Shown: one piece after another, positions 13,252-25,500 of the stretch
Numbering within the stretch: the first letter of the stretch is position 1
How the letters are laid out: each line of letters opens with the position of its first letter
Assembly (NCBI GenBank): GCA_030704615.1
Contig: CM060734.1
Coordinates: 22,010,001 to 22,074,000 of the forward strand
Reading direction: 5' to 3'
DNA length: 64,000 bases
DNA from: Takakia lepidozioides
Taxonomy: Eukaryota; Plantae; Bryophyta
Position numbers and translations under genes: made by a program
Notes under the pieces: model-generated
What the model saw: the letters and a program-made list of their open reading frames with translations, nothing else
Told to the model about the DNA's origin: nothing
Database searches by the model: none

Positions 13252-14079
13252 GGACAAGACAATGTAGTCCAAAGAGGTAGAGGAGGTAGAGGTCGTGGTG
13301 GAGGTCGTAACCAAAACCAAGGAGCACGGGGTCAGGGTCAAGGTCATGACCAAGGCATGGTGGATAGACTTGCCCAGCTAGAGCAACATCTTGCTACCAT
13401 GGCCACTACTCATGTTGTGCTAGCTCCAAGGTCTGAGTTTCAAGCCCCACCTGCACAACCTCCTATGCCTAGGGAAGACCAGATTGGTATAGGCTTCATG
13501 TGTGGACCGTACTTGCAGGGCCATTGCATGTATTGGACTCTGCTACTGCTGTCACTCGAGCAGCAACGCGTGCTCCTGAGCCAAGAGGAGCGGATGTGGA
13601 TTTTGATCCACAAAGGGGGGAAGCAAGTCATCAGACAAGGCTTCCATAGTCCTTTACATTGGCTGAGACAGTGCCAACTACGCCATCGTTGGCACCCGCT
13701 CGCCCAAGTGTGTCAGAGGTAGAGCCACGAGTGTCATTGGGGAGAGTAGGTGTGGCTCGGGAAATGCCAGTGGGTGGTGCTGCAAAGCAAGGTGCAGCCA
13801 GTACATTATTGGGGGCGGCTACGGCTGTTTGTCAAGCTCCATTGTTTTCTGCAATGACCATTGCAATGTCGGGGATTCGGCCAGCTGTTGTATTCAGACT
13901 AGCAGCTAGACTCTGTGAGAGTGGTGATGCATTGGCACTATCTGCGGAGATAGCAGATAAGGTGCAGTCTATGGATGCTTTGGATTCGAGGGTGAAGTCA
14001 GCCACAGCTGCGCCATGGCAAGCGACAGCTGCAAGATTGCAGGAATTGCCAGCTAGGCCAGCCATTGAGCGCAGCATGG

Positions 14080-14500
14080 TGACTCCTGGAGTAGTCCTGG
14101 TGGACAATCAGGATGAAGTGTTTCAGTTGGGTGGTCCAACCGGGAGGAGGTATATGCCACTGCGGGTCTTGTTGGACTCGGGAGCACAGCCTTTGATGTT
14201 GGGGAGAGTAGCAATTGCAGGCTTGGGCCTTACAGAGGCGGATTTGGAGCCTTGCTCTTTCCAAATTCAAACATCTTTGGTGGTTCAGAGAAGGCGCGAG
14301 GGATTACACGCCATGAGCTCTTCATTTGATTGCAGCCGGATCATCCTACGGACGGCTCAGTCATGAGAGCTAAAGCCATTGTTACGGACGTGATGTCCTA
14401 TGATGTGCTTATTGGTGGGGCTGTGTTGTACCCCATGGGATTTACTTTGGACTTTTGGGAGGAAACGACATCCTACAGGCTGGAGTGGCAGTTAGGAGAT
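14080..14500 (+). pseudogene. Retropepsin aspartic protease
   Basis: RVLLDSGAQPLMLG active site and YDVLIGGAVL C-terminal motif; one frameshift. Confidence 0.85.
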
Positions 14501-14887
14501 GGTCGACGTGCACTGCTCCCAGTGCGGTTTATTGGGAATATAGCGGTGGATCATAGGAACATGATGCCCACATTGGCTGCATTCTCAGGGGTGGTGGCTT
14601 GGGGTGGTGAGCTCTTGGAGGGCAATAGCCATGCAGATGATAGGCCACCATCTGATGAGGACAAGCAACTGGCATACAAGGCTGAGTTGCTTCCTCATGT
14701 GCTTGTGCATATCCCACTGTGGGATACGGTTGGGAATTTGCAGCGAGTAGCAGGCGAGAGTGTGCACCAAGCATGGTAGGAGGCATTTCCATTGATGAGT
14801 GAGGGGAGTTCAGTGACATCACCTGGACCTCCTCAGTTAGCTCCTTTGGACACAATGCCCATTACCTGGCAACCACTTGACTCAGGG

Positions 14888-15735
14888 ATTTGTTTGCTAG
14901 ACCTGTTTGGAGGCATGAGCACTGGGCTTGCAGGAATGTTGCAAGCTGGGATTAAAGTATGAAAGTACTTGTATGTGGAGAAGGATGAGATAGCTCGGCG
15001 TATTTCTATGCGCCACGTTGCCTTGCTCACACACCAGTATCCTGAGTTGCTGTCTTTCTCAACAATTCAAGGGTACCAAAAGGCATTGCCAACAGACATT
15101 ACTGTGTTGGGGGCGGATGATTTGGGCCGGCATGGTTCAATTAACTTGGTGATAGCTGGATGGCCTTGCCAAGGACACTCTCCTACAGGTCATGGGAATG
15201 GCTTGCATGATGCAAGGTCGCAATTTGTTTTGGGAGATGTTACGAGTGTTGCGTGACTTGCAGGTGAGACAAGTGCAACCTCCAGCTTACATCCTGGAGA
15301 ATATTCCTCTCATGGGGGATTCTCGGGCTAGAGTTATGGCTAGTGTGCATCAGGTGCGGTCTTGGATTGGACCAACTGTATTATTGGATGCAGCTGCAGT
15401 GGGTTCACGGGCACATAGGCCTAGGTTGTGGTGGACCAATCTTGCACCACCAGAGTTGCTCAAGAGAGCCTATGATTCCATTCAATGGCCACCCAACCCC
15501 ATTGCCCGCTCTCGCTCATCCGCACTAGGCTCCACCAATTGCTGTAGCGCATTGTCCCAAATCAACCCATTGTCTCGAAAAGCAGAGACGAGGGAAAACT
15601 CATGAGTGTAGGCAAGGCCGCACGTGGTTGCCCCACTCGATTGACCATCGCCAAAGGTGGACGGTCATCATGTCGCACTCTCTGTGGTTGCCTGCCTTGG
15701 TCCAAAATGCCCTCAACCGTGAGGTTTCATGCTCC
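14888..15735 (+). pseudogene. DNMT3-like DNA (cytosine-5) methyltransferase domain inside the polyprotein
   Basis: Motif I LLDLFGG, II YVEKD, IV AGWPCQGHS, VI YILENI, VIII LLDAAAVGSRAHRPRLWWTN. Motif IX (EPSADERERAMG) lies in an inverted segment at 15497-15724. One stop and frameshifts. Confidence 0.9.
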
Positions 15736-16099
15736 CGATGAGAGGGTAGATGATAGTTGACTTGCCTGAGGAGACGGGAAGAGAGGCCCGACAGATTGCT
15801 GTCTCTTCGTCCTATGATGTGGCTCTTCCGACCTCGCTGTGTATGCCTCTACAAGCACCATTGTCTACAGTGTCTGTAGCCAAGGCTCTTGAAGAGGTTG
15901 AGGATTTTTTTTTTGCGGAGGATGTTCTCAAGGTGGCTATGGCGGAGCAAGTAGAGGCTACGCCATAGTCAGGGTGGGCGGACAAGGCCCAAGAGGTTGT
16001 TATCTAGCAACCAAAGGATGCGTCTCCTACCTCCAAGCCTGGTGTACCCAAGGTTGCAGTCACTAAGGACAATTGGGAACTAGATGTTGGACCAACAGT

Positions 16100-17200
16100 C
16101 ACCGGAGGAGAGAGACGGAAGATCCAACAATTTCTAAGGGCTTATAGAAATTACTTTGCCTTTGGTTTGAAGGATTTGGGGAGTTCAAAGGGCCAAGAGA
16201 TTCGTATTGATTTGGCAAGTGATACGCCAATTTTTCGAAGGCCCTACAAGTATAATGACATGGAGAGGTCTTCGATCCAGTCACGGACTATGAAGTTGTT
16301 CGAAGCTGGATTGGTGGAGTTGTCAGGCGAGGAGTATGCCTTGGCAACGGTGATGCCAGCTTATAAGAAGGATATCTCCAAATGGATTGAGCTAGTGTCA
16401 TTGCCTGACAAGGCAAGTGAGGGGGCGGCGTATGCATTTTTAGATCGAGTGCTTAGCCAATTTGGTGCTCCAGCCGAGGTACTCACGGACCAGGGGAGAG
16501 AGTTCTTGGGGGAGTTTCAGGCTTTGTGTGAGCAAGCCTTGATAGATCACCGCACTACTTCTCGGGATCATCCCGAGGCTGATGGCTTGGCGGAGAGAGT
16601 TGTTCAGACAGTCAAGAGAGGCTTGCGCAAGTATGGCTTGCAGAAGGGACACTTAGGGGATTGGGACCTTCAGCTACCTTGGTTGGCCATGGGCTACAGG
16701 TTTAGCAAACAAGCATCACTTGCCTCGTTCTCACCTTATTTTCTTCTCTTCGGCCGAGAGTCAGATTTGCCTGCATCTATTCGCAGGGAGGCTGCAGTAG
16801 TCCTTGACCTTGATGATCCGGATGTATGGACACGAGCATGTGACCAGCGGACAGAGTTGTTCAAGAGAGTCATGCCTATGGCTTTTGAGAACCTTGCTAT
16901 TGCCCAAAACCGAGACACATTGAGGTATGCCACGATACGTGGAGGTGGATATCGACCGGGTGTTCAGAGATTCAACCCTGGGGACTATGTGTATCTGCAG
17001 CAGACAGCGCCTACAACCTTGGATGTCATAGCAGGACGTGTGATTCTAAGGGTCAAGGAGGTGTTGCCTTCAAGAGTATTGATTCTGGAAGGTCGAGATG
17101 GCATGGTATGGAAGGATCATGTGCGTAATTGTGCGCCATGTCACCTCCCACATGTGGATGGGAGGATAGATCCCAACCTTGCAGTGGTACCTGCAGGGTT
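16100..17200 (+). pseudogene. RT N-terminus fused by deletion to an rve integrase core
   Basis: IRIDLASDTPIFRRPYKY...AGLVE...PAYKKD joins directly to SKWIELVSLP...VLTDQGREF...DGLAERVVQTVK. Confidence 0.85.
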
Positions 17201-17201
17201 G

Positions 17202-17348
<147 letters not shown>

Positions 17349-17600
17349 AGGTAGTGGGCATGGCAATGGTGAGGCTGACAAGTGATCCAAGGTCTAGCTA
17401 GTGGGGCTTCAATGCCATGGATACTCAACTGAAGATCATGGATTGCAGGAAGGCGACTAATGATGGGGCTACTTTTGCACCCGGCCTCTTGATCTATCAA
17501 CTTTAGATGCTGGGACTTGTGCGATTGAAGACCAAGCGATGATCTTATTGAGATGGATACTTGTCGGCTATCCGGTATTAGAGGGACCTAATCACTAGCT

Positions 17601-17610
17601 AGGGGGGCGA
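17601..17610 (+). other. Polypurine-tract-like sequence
   Basis: aggggggcga lies immediately before repeat B1. Confidence 0.6.
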
Positions 17611-17696
17611 TTGAGGAATAACTTTCTAGGATTGTATGCTTAGAATATGTGATGGACAACGATGTATGTTGTGGCACGATGCTTAGATGCATGACA
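17611..17696 (+). repeat. Repeat B1 (86 bp)
   Basis: Matches 18120-18205; ends CATGACA. Confidence 0.9.
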
Positions 17697-17698
17697 GC

Positions 17699-18119
17699 TG
17701 TCATGGTTTTAGTCATGGTTAACTAGAATTACCTACTTTTAGTTAACTATGACATTTTAGATATTTATATTTATATTTTGTGTGTTGGGACTTCATTTGG
17801 TCTCATATGCCAAGTGAGGTGTCAAGCCTCACTTGGGACATGGGGATGGGTTTTCCCCTTGTGAGGGTTGAGGAGGGCTCATCTTCTTGTAGTTGAGCCT
17901 CCATGAGCCTCTCTCACCTCATAGCTCTAGGTATTGAGAGGGAGTGTGTTGAGGGCTTTGTAGGGTGGATTCCTTAAGCAAAGGTGCTCTTGGCTTGACT
18001 TAGTTTATGTGATAGAGTGGATTTCACTTGGAAGGACAAGGGCTTGTTCTTAGTGTGATTGCTTCATGCTTAGAGAGCTTTCATTGTCTTCCACTTATCT
18101 CATTTCTCATCTCTTATCA
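17699..18119 (+). repeat. Repeat A2 (421 bp)
   Basis: Matches 7109-7530. Confidence 0.95.
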
Positions 18120-18205
18120 TTTAGGAATAATTTTCTAGGATTGTATGCTTAGAATATGTGTTGGACACCGATGTATGTTGTGGCACGATGCTTAGGTGCA
18201 CGCCA
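18120..18205 (+). repeat. Terminal repeat B2 (86 bp)
   Basis: Matches 17611-17696; ends CACGCCA, followed by the TSD. Confidence 0.9.
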
Positions 18206-19374
18206 GAGGCTTCATGACAACCGATGGTCGCACAGTCCCACGCACGCACCTACCACAGTCATCAGGGCAGAACCAAAATTTGTGGTTCTTCGCCTCGGCT
18301 TGCCCATAAGGCGTGAACAAACCAGTGAAGGTCGGAGCCGGAGTGCGGACCTTGCCTCTGGATATGGAGGACTTGCACTTCTCACAATTGGTTGCTCTGA
18401 TTGCCGTGCACTTCACTCGAGACCCAACACTGGTGCATTCTATGTGCCAGACTTCGTCGGGGCACATGGACTCCACCACAGGGGGGAGCACATTTGCCTC
18501 CTGCCCCATTGCACTCACAGTGGGAGATGGCTGCCTTTGGCTTTGTGACAAAGGATCGTCCGCACTGGATATGCCGGAAACAAACCTTTGATGAAATGGA
18601 CCACGCGGCATGGAGAAGTTGTCCCTGTCCGGCCTATGGGAGTCCGCATCCGACCCAGGAGGGATGTTCAATTTCCGTTTACAAGACCCGAATCTCTCCT
18701 CGCCCTCCAGATGGGGAACTCTGGACACTAGTGGAGTTCCTTCCGCACACATGCTGACAGCCCTGACAATCTTGTTCGGATCCCCCGATCTTCTTGCTGC
18801 TCGCAACATCAACTCAGACTTGTCTAGACCTTTGCCACCAACGCCACCCCACAAGAACTCCCGATATCTCGTTTGTTGCTGTAGAGCTCGAATCAGATCA
18901 TCTGCCATCGCCACACACAAATCCCGGCCCCGCTTTCCAGATTGCTACAACCATATATTGTGCACTGTCTCCGCCAGATTGCAAGAGGGCATGTCCGCCA
19001 TCTCCTCAATTGACAAGTGCTGCAGAATGGGAAAACATACATCAAATAGAGACAGGCACACCCCACCACAACACACATGATTGCAAATAGATACGAAGTC
19101 AACGAAATTCGCATGTTCTCAAATTCACGTACCGTTGACATGCATGCTCCCCATTGTCTGTACCGGAAGTGCCAAAATGCCAGCCAGTTTTCTAGCGCTC
19201 TCATATTGTCTTCTGATGCAGCCCCAGATGAGAATTGACGAGCCCTGAGCACGCGCGGTCAGGGTGACGACATATTAGTCTAAGGGGGTCGTGGTAAGTT
19301 GCGGTGTAGGTTGGGCTCACTGAACCGCCTACCCGACTGCGGTTAGTGCAGGGAGTCCGTGGTCGTACATGGTG
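18206..19374 (-). pseudogene. MULE-like transposase, central part, with an intron
   Basis: LENWLAFWHFRYRQWG, then a GT..AG intron at ~19022-19132, then MPSCNLAETVHNIW (the TNxxEsxH-type catalytic E motif), then ORF 18192-18920. Confidence 0.65.
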
Positions 19375-20014
19375 TGTCGCGCACTACTTCGTAACTCCCC
19401 TTCAAGTCATAGTTACTCGCTTTGATGCGCGCGCCTGACTCCCAACCTGGCCGCCCGAGCCAACTTGGAGCTTCGGCTGCTCACCGGGACATAACGGTCC
19501 CCTTTCGCTTCCCTCTAAAACCCTCCACCTAATTTACTCACTAGCTTTTGGTCACCAACGGGCTTGCACCGTTCTCGGGGTTACTACTCCCTATATATAC
19601 TTCTGTAGCTGTCCGCGGGGGTTTTCACAACCAGCCATGCCATTTTATGGCGAACCACCACGAAGACCCTCGATTCCCGGTGGTGAGTCGCGGTGAGTCT
19701 TGGCCCGCTCACCACGGCCCCTATGGACCGTGATGAGTCCCAAGACTCCCCACGACTCCCACCACGAGGTCTCCGCCCCCATGGTGAGTCCTATGCCACC
19801 CCCACTAAGTCCCACTAAGCTACCACCACCCCTTGTGGAGCCCCCCACCGCAACCCGGTGTGCGGGCTCCACCTAGTGAGCGCCTCCGCTTCCCTGAGTG
19901 CCTTGGGCACTCAAGGGTGCCTCACCCCCCATACCTATCGCTGCCGCTGCCCCCACCACAGGGGCAGCCCCTCATGTGTCCCGACCCCTGCCCTCAAGGC
20001 AAGGGCCGCGCACA
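19375..20014 (-). repeat. Chromovirus LTR
   Basis: tgtcgcg...cgcgcaca; homologous to 42499-43214; the PPT-like ggtaggggtg precedes it on the minus strand. Confidence 0.9.
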
Positions 20015-21383
20015 CACCCCTACCAACAGGGAGTCGATGTCCTCATCGACTTGTCCATTTTGTAGAAACGAACATCCAAGTTGTGGCGTCCCACATCAAG
20101 GAGTTTGTTTCTGTACCATGGCGTCCCATGGCAAAGAACCAAACCCCACACTTGACTCTACTCTCCACTAGCTAGTTCGGCCGACTTCCTCCAAGTCCCG
20201 GCCAAGGGTGGAGCCTCTCCAGCTCCTCCCAGTGCACTCTTCTTGGCCTACTTCAAGGTCAAGGAACGATCCTCCCCGAGGATCGAATCGCCTTACTGCA
20301 ACAATATTGCTTACAATCGCTCATGATGGCCGCTTTTGGCATCACCTTGAGCAGGGTTCACCTGAACCTTTTTTGACTAGGAAGATAACCTTGAACCAAC
20401 CGTGCGCCCCAATCACTACAATTGGGTCCGCCTTGGAATGCTGGCCTGACCCACATACACGTCAGGACCAAATATGACACCATTGTAAATTTGTTTACAG
20501 GGTGAACTATTTCTTCCCCATCACACGAGTGTAAATGTGAAGAAAACGCTGCTCATGCAATTGAAATTGGCAGGTGCCGCACATGTGCATTGTGTATTAA
20601 CAAAATTGGTGATATACAAACTTGGCGGAATGCCATCACTGTGTTTTTCAACAATATTCAAGGTACAAAAAATGCATATTGTATATGTACTACGCTGCCA
20701 GTCATTAAAAGCCTAGTCGTCACTGTCCGAGGATGTGGAATTTGATGCTGTGGCCTGATTTGCACTGCCAATTGCCAAAGCTTGCGACCGTGATCTCGTG
20801 ATCAATGAGGGGCCCACATCTGTTGTTCTTGACCCAGTTCCCCAGTATGGTCGCCAAATGTCGAGCGGTTTACTCACCCATTTGGAAACTCCAAGATAGA
20901 AGAGTTGGATATCTAAAGGACAGCACTCTGCCCGCTCAGAATAATCAGTCATGACCTACAGCTAGTGTATCATGGGGGTACTTCCTATTTGTATTCCCTC
21001 TCACATTCATATTAGCAAGTTACCTTACTGTCTATGTTTAAGTATCAGATTGCTTCAGCAATCTACCAGGTTCCAATCACTCATCCATTCATTCCATAGC
21101 TTCACTCAGGTCTCTCTACACAGTGTGAGCATGGAATATGTATCAGATTAATATCTATCAAGTATCAAGCCGAAGCCATAGTGTCTCTAATCTGCTCTAC
21201 AGTACAACTCTATAGCTTGCATGAATCAAGCATCAACAGTTTGTTTCTCCTCCTCCACTGCGCTCTCCATCCCTCAGCTCCAGATCGTCCTTCTCCTCCC
21301 CGATGACCAAGTCGTGATCCCCATGAAGTGTCCTTCCCTGTTGCTACTCTGCCTATTCTACCTGCAAGCTGTTCTAACTGCCT

Positions 21384-21853
21384 AACTAACTAACTGTCAT
21401 CCAGACAGAATGCACGTTCCCTCTGCAGATGTCGTTCCCCCACAGTCGTTCCCTTCCGCTAATAACCATTCCCTGTTAATGCTGTGATGGGTTGTGTCAA
21501 ACTGTGTCGGGCTGTGACTGTGCCAAGCTGTGACTGGCTGTGACGGGCTGTGTCGGACTGTGTCGGGCTGTGACTGGCTGTGTGAAGCTGTGTCGGGCTG
21601 TGGTTGACTGTGTCGGGCTGTGTTGGGCTGTGATAGACTGTGATAGGCTGTGTCAGGCTATGTAAGGCTGTGTCAGACTGTGATAAGCTGTGTCAAACTA
21701 TGTCTAACTGTGTACGGCTGTGACTGACTGTGTACGCCTGTCTACCACCCTTAAGGCTTGTGTTGGTCTAAGTCTATCATCCGTAAGTCTACGCAAAAAT
21801 TAAGGGTACCCCACAGAACCCGTAAAACTGTCTAAGTCCCAGACAGCCCTCTA
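21384..21853 (-). repeat. LTR segment of a third family, with 10-bp gctgtgtc tandem repeats
   Basis: Near-identical to 35942-36317; probably extends left to ~20950. Confidence 0.8.
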
Positions 21854-22367
21854 GTAGTTGCTGCTCCCCTCACATGAGTGAAGGGCGTCAGGCACAAGAA
21901 AACCCAGAAGGGCCTGTGACCTCTTTAGATAGAATGATACATTGTTCCAGAGTATGGTCCTCTGAGGTTCAAATGGATCCATCGTTTTCTTAGGTCAGAT
22001 TTCATCATGAGCTCTGCGAAATCCATGAGAGATCCCTGCGAGTCCTGAACCAAGTTAGATTGTATTTAGAAATGGTGCGTCTATTTCATGGTTAGGGTCC
22101 TCGGGTATCCAATCTTTTTTGTTGTTACGGGAGCCAAGAATTAGGACTCCTGTTTATGAGCATTTAAGCCCGTCCGAGCTCGATTCGAGCCCTCAGCATG
22201 TTACAATGAGTTGTGCACATCCATGAGAGGTCCATGCAAGCCATGTCAAGTAGGGTAGAACCAAAGTCCTTCCAAGGCTATTTTAGAGTAGAACCACATT
22301 TGCAAAAAACCACCCGCATATCTCTCTTACATCATCTAGGGGATTCGAACCCAGTCCGGTGGGGGAG

Positions 22368-22541
22368 GGACAGCTACAGAATATATATAGGGAGTAGTAA
22401 CCCCGAGAACGGTGCAAGCCCGTTGGTGACCAAAAGCTAGTGAGTAAGCGAGCGAGCCGGAAAGCGACCAAAGAGTGGGAGCTGTCCGGACTGCCATCTA
22501 CAAAGGGAATTCTCCTAGTCCCATTAGGTGGAGGTTTTTAG
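22368..22541 (+). repeat. Inverted fragment of the chromovirus LTR
   Basis: Reverse complement of ~42670-42822 and of 19515-19615. Confidence 0.85.
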
Positions 22542-25500
22542 ATCACGCCGAAAGCCGCACTACGACTTCGTCCCGAGGTTACCATAATCAGTACTGAACG
22601 GAAGCACGTAGCTTCCGCTTTAGCCCGCATTACAAGGCAACCCCCTCGATAGCGCATTTATAGTACGCGCACCGCGCCAGGTGCGCACTAGCACGTGAAC
22701 TCCCAAAGAAGGCGCAAGTTTCCTTGCCCCTTAGATGGAAGTCACCCGATTTCGGCACTGCGCAAATACACGATTAACCCAATTTACCTCTCCCACTTTT
22801 GTAAGCTAGCCTGTATTCTACACACTAGCCAACCACACCATGCATCACCATTCCAAACACAATAGGACGCACAATATTTGGAACCCATTTCCTTTATAAC
22901 AAATTTTTGTACAATACAAGTTTTTGCAATCGGATTCCTGAGCTAGCTAAACCTGCTAAGCATGCATTTCCTCCCCTACGCTCCAAGGTTTGATGTCCCA
23001 TCAACGCTTCTTCCGCTTTGAGGTCGCCCTTCGAAGCTGCAACCGCCTCGGTGATGCGTTTCCCATTTCTGAGGCACACACCCAAGATGCCTCCACATGA
23101 TGATAGCCCTTCCATTTGATGATACTCTCCGTTTCTCGGTCCTGAACCTCCTCGACCTAATATTGCCTCCCCCTCGTACTCAAGTTCATTTTCATGATCC
23201 AACAGCATAGGTGGCGGACGCAACACTTGATGCCGATTCGGACGCGCTTCATCTTTGAAGTAAGGCTTCAAAAGGGAGACATGGAATACTGGGTGCACCT
23301 TGCTGTTTGCCGGCAGCTCCAATTCATACATCCTCATTCATAATCTTCCGAATGCGAAAGGGTCCCGCATACGGAGGCACGAACTTCGGACTCACTTCCG
23401 GGGTAGTCGGAAATTCTTGATGTTCAACCAGACCTCTGTGCCTGCCTCAAACTTCACTTCCCTCCGCTTCCGATTCGTCTGCCTTTCATACCGTTTCCTT
23501 CCTAGCTTTGGCAATATTGTACTTTGCGAGCTTTCACAACAACGCTCGCGTTTCTTCCAGTACCGCCGCTACTGCCCCGTTCCTCAACGTCCTGGGGGCC
23601 CAACTTGTCGGCACCAGAGGTGCTTTTCCCTAGACCAACACGAAAGGGAAACTCCGTTGCGGAGTGTTCTGTGTTATTATAACAGAACTCTGCCGCGTCT
23701 AAGTGTTCCATCCAGTCTGATTGTCTGCCGACACGTAATTCCGCAAGAAATTGCTTCACTACGGAATTCACTCTTTTCCTGTTTGGCCCGTCCGTCGTAG
23801 GTCGGAAGGCGGTGCTCATCTTCAGCCTCGTCCCCATCTTCTTCCAAAGTGCTCTCCAGAATTTTACTCGTAAACTTTGGATCGCGGTCCGAGACAATAT
23901 CCTTCGGGCCTCCATGATGCTTTAAGACGTGGGGGCGAAGTAAAGTCGCCCTGTCTCCTGCGCCTTTGCCGTCTCCTTGGTGGGCATGAAATGGCCCATT
24001 TTACTGAACCTATCTACCACCACCATGATTGAATCGAATCCTTTTGACAGCGCGGCATAGCAGTCATGAAATCCATCGAGCACTTTCCCAAGTCCCCCCC
24101 TCTGAATCGGCAAGGGTTGTAACAGCCCCGCTTGCTTTTTGTACTCACTCCTACTCTCCGGTTTTGTTGGCATGTGGTGCATGTCTTGACATACTCCTCT
24201 GCCTCCTCCCTCAGTTTGGGCCCAGAAATACTCTTCTTCAAGAGTGCCCGCAGTGCGCTTGGCTCCACCGTGGCCCGCAAGCGGGCTATCATGGCATTCT
24301 CACTCAAGAGACTATCCCTGATCCCTCCCTTCGGCACGTAGAGACGCTTTTGCTTGTACCGGAGCAGTCCTTTTGCAAGTGGAACTGCGATTTAACCCCC
24401 ATCCAATCTCTGCATCACACGGACTTCGTCAGCTCATCCTTCCGGCAAGCCTTCCGGATCTTCCTTTGGAGTGGCCTCTCGCCCTTGTACACCAACAAGA
24501 GCTGTTGCTTTCTACTTAAAGCATCGGCCACCACATTGTCCCATCCCGATTTGTACTGGATTCCACGTCGAACACTGCCAAAGTATCTTGCCACCTAAGT
24601 TGTTTTGGGGACAACTTGGGCTGCGTGGCAAAATACTTCACACGCGTGACATTGTCCGTGAACACCTCATCTGGGTTGGAACCAACATAGTGGCGCAGAG
24701 CTCAAGGCAATGCACCACCACCGCTTCATCTCTTTTCGTGCGTCGGCCACCATCGCTCCACTTCATTCAGTTTTCTTACTTTCGTAAGCCCTGGACGTCC
24801 ATCTTGCATAAGTACACCCCCATCGCGAAGTCCGACGCATCTGTATGAATCTCAAATGGACGATCGAACTCCGGGATTTCAAGACTGGAGCTTCCGCCAT
24901 CCGCTGCTTCAATTCAGCAAAATCTTGGCCACAAAGGTGTTCCATGCCCAGACTTTAATTTACACAAAAGGTCTGACAGCGGCCCCACAATCTTAGCGAA
25001 ATTTCTCACATACTTCCGGTAATAGGAGGCGAGTCCTAGGAAGGATCGCACTCCCCCGGGACCGAAGTCGGAGGCTCCCAGTCCAAGATCGCCCTCACTT
25101 TTCTGTCATCCATTTTGATCCCATCCTGTGTAATCACATGCCCCAAGAACTCCACTTTCGTGACCCCGAATCGCACTTTGAAGCTTTGGCATACAGCTTC
25201 CCTTCTCGCAATTTTTTTTGGAACACCCTTTTGAGGTGCTCCAGGTGCTCCTCCTTTGTTTTCGAGTACACCAGAATGTCGTCGATGTACACGATCACAA
25301 AGTCATCCAACCACTCCTGGAAAAGGCTGTTCATCAGCGTGCTAAATGTCACTGGTGCATTGGTGAGCCCAAAAGGCATCACAAGAACTCATATGAACCA
25401 TACCTTGTGCCTGCACACACGGTCTTCTCCTCATCTCCTTCCACCACCCGAATTTGGTGATAGCCGGAGCGCAAGTCGATCCGGCTGAAATACTTCGCAG

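Noticed and set aside
18212-18219. TCATGACA as the right end of the DNMT element
   Set aside because: It gives no TSD and lies in MULE coding sequence. The end at 18205 gives TSD GAGG and restores the frame
22338-22356. tRNA/SINE B-box-like ggattcgaacc
   Set aside because: No A-box or cloverleaf could be identified
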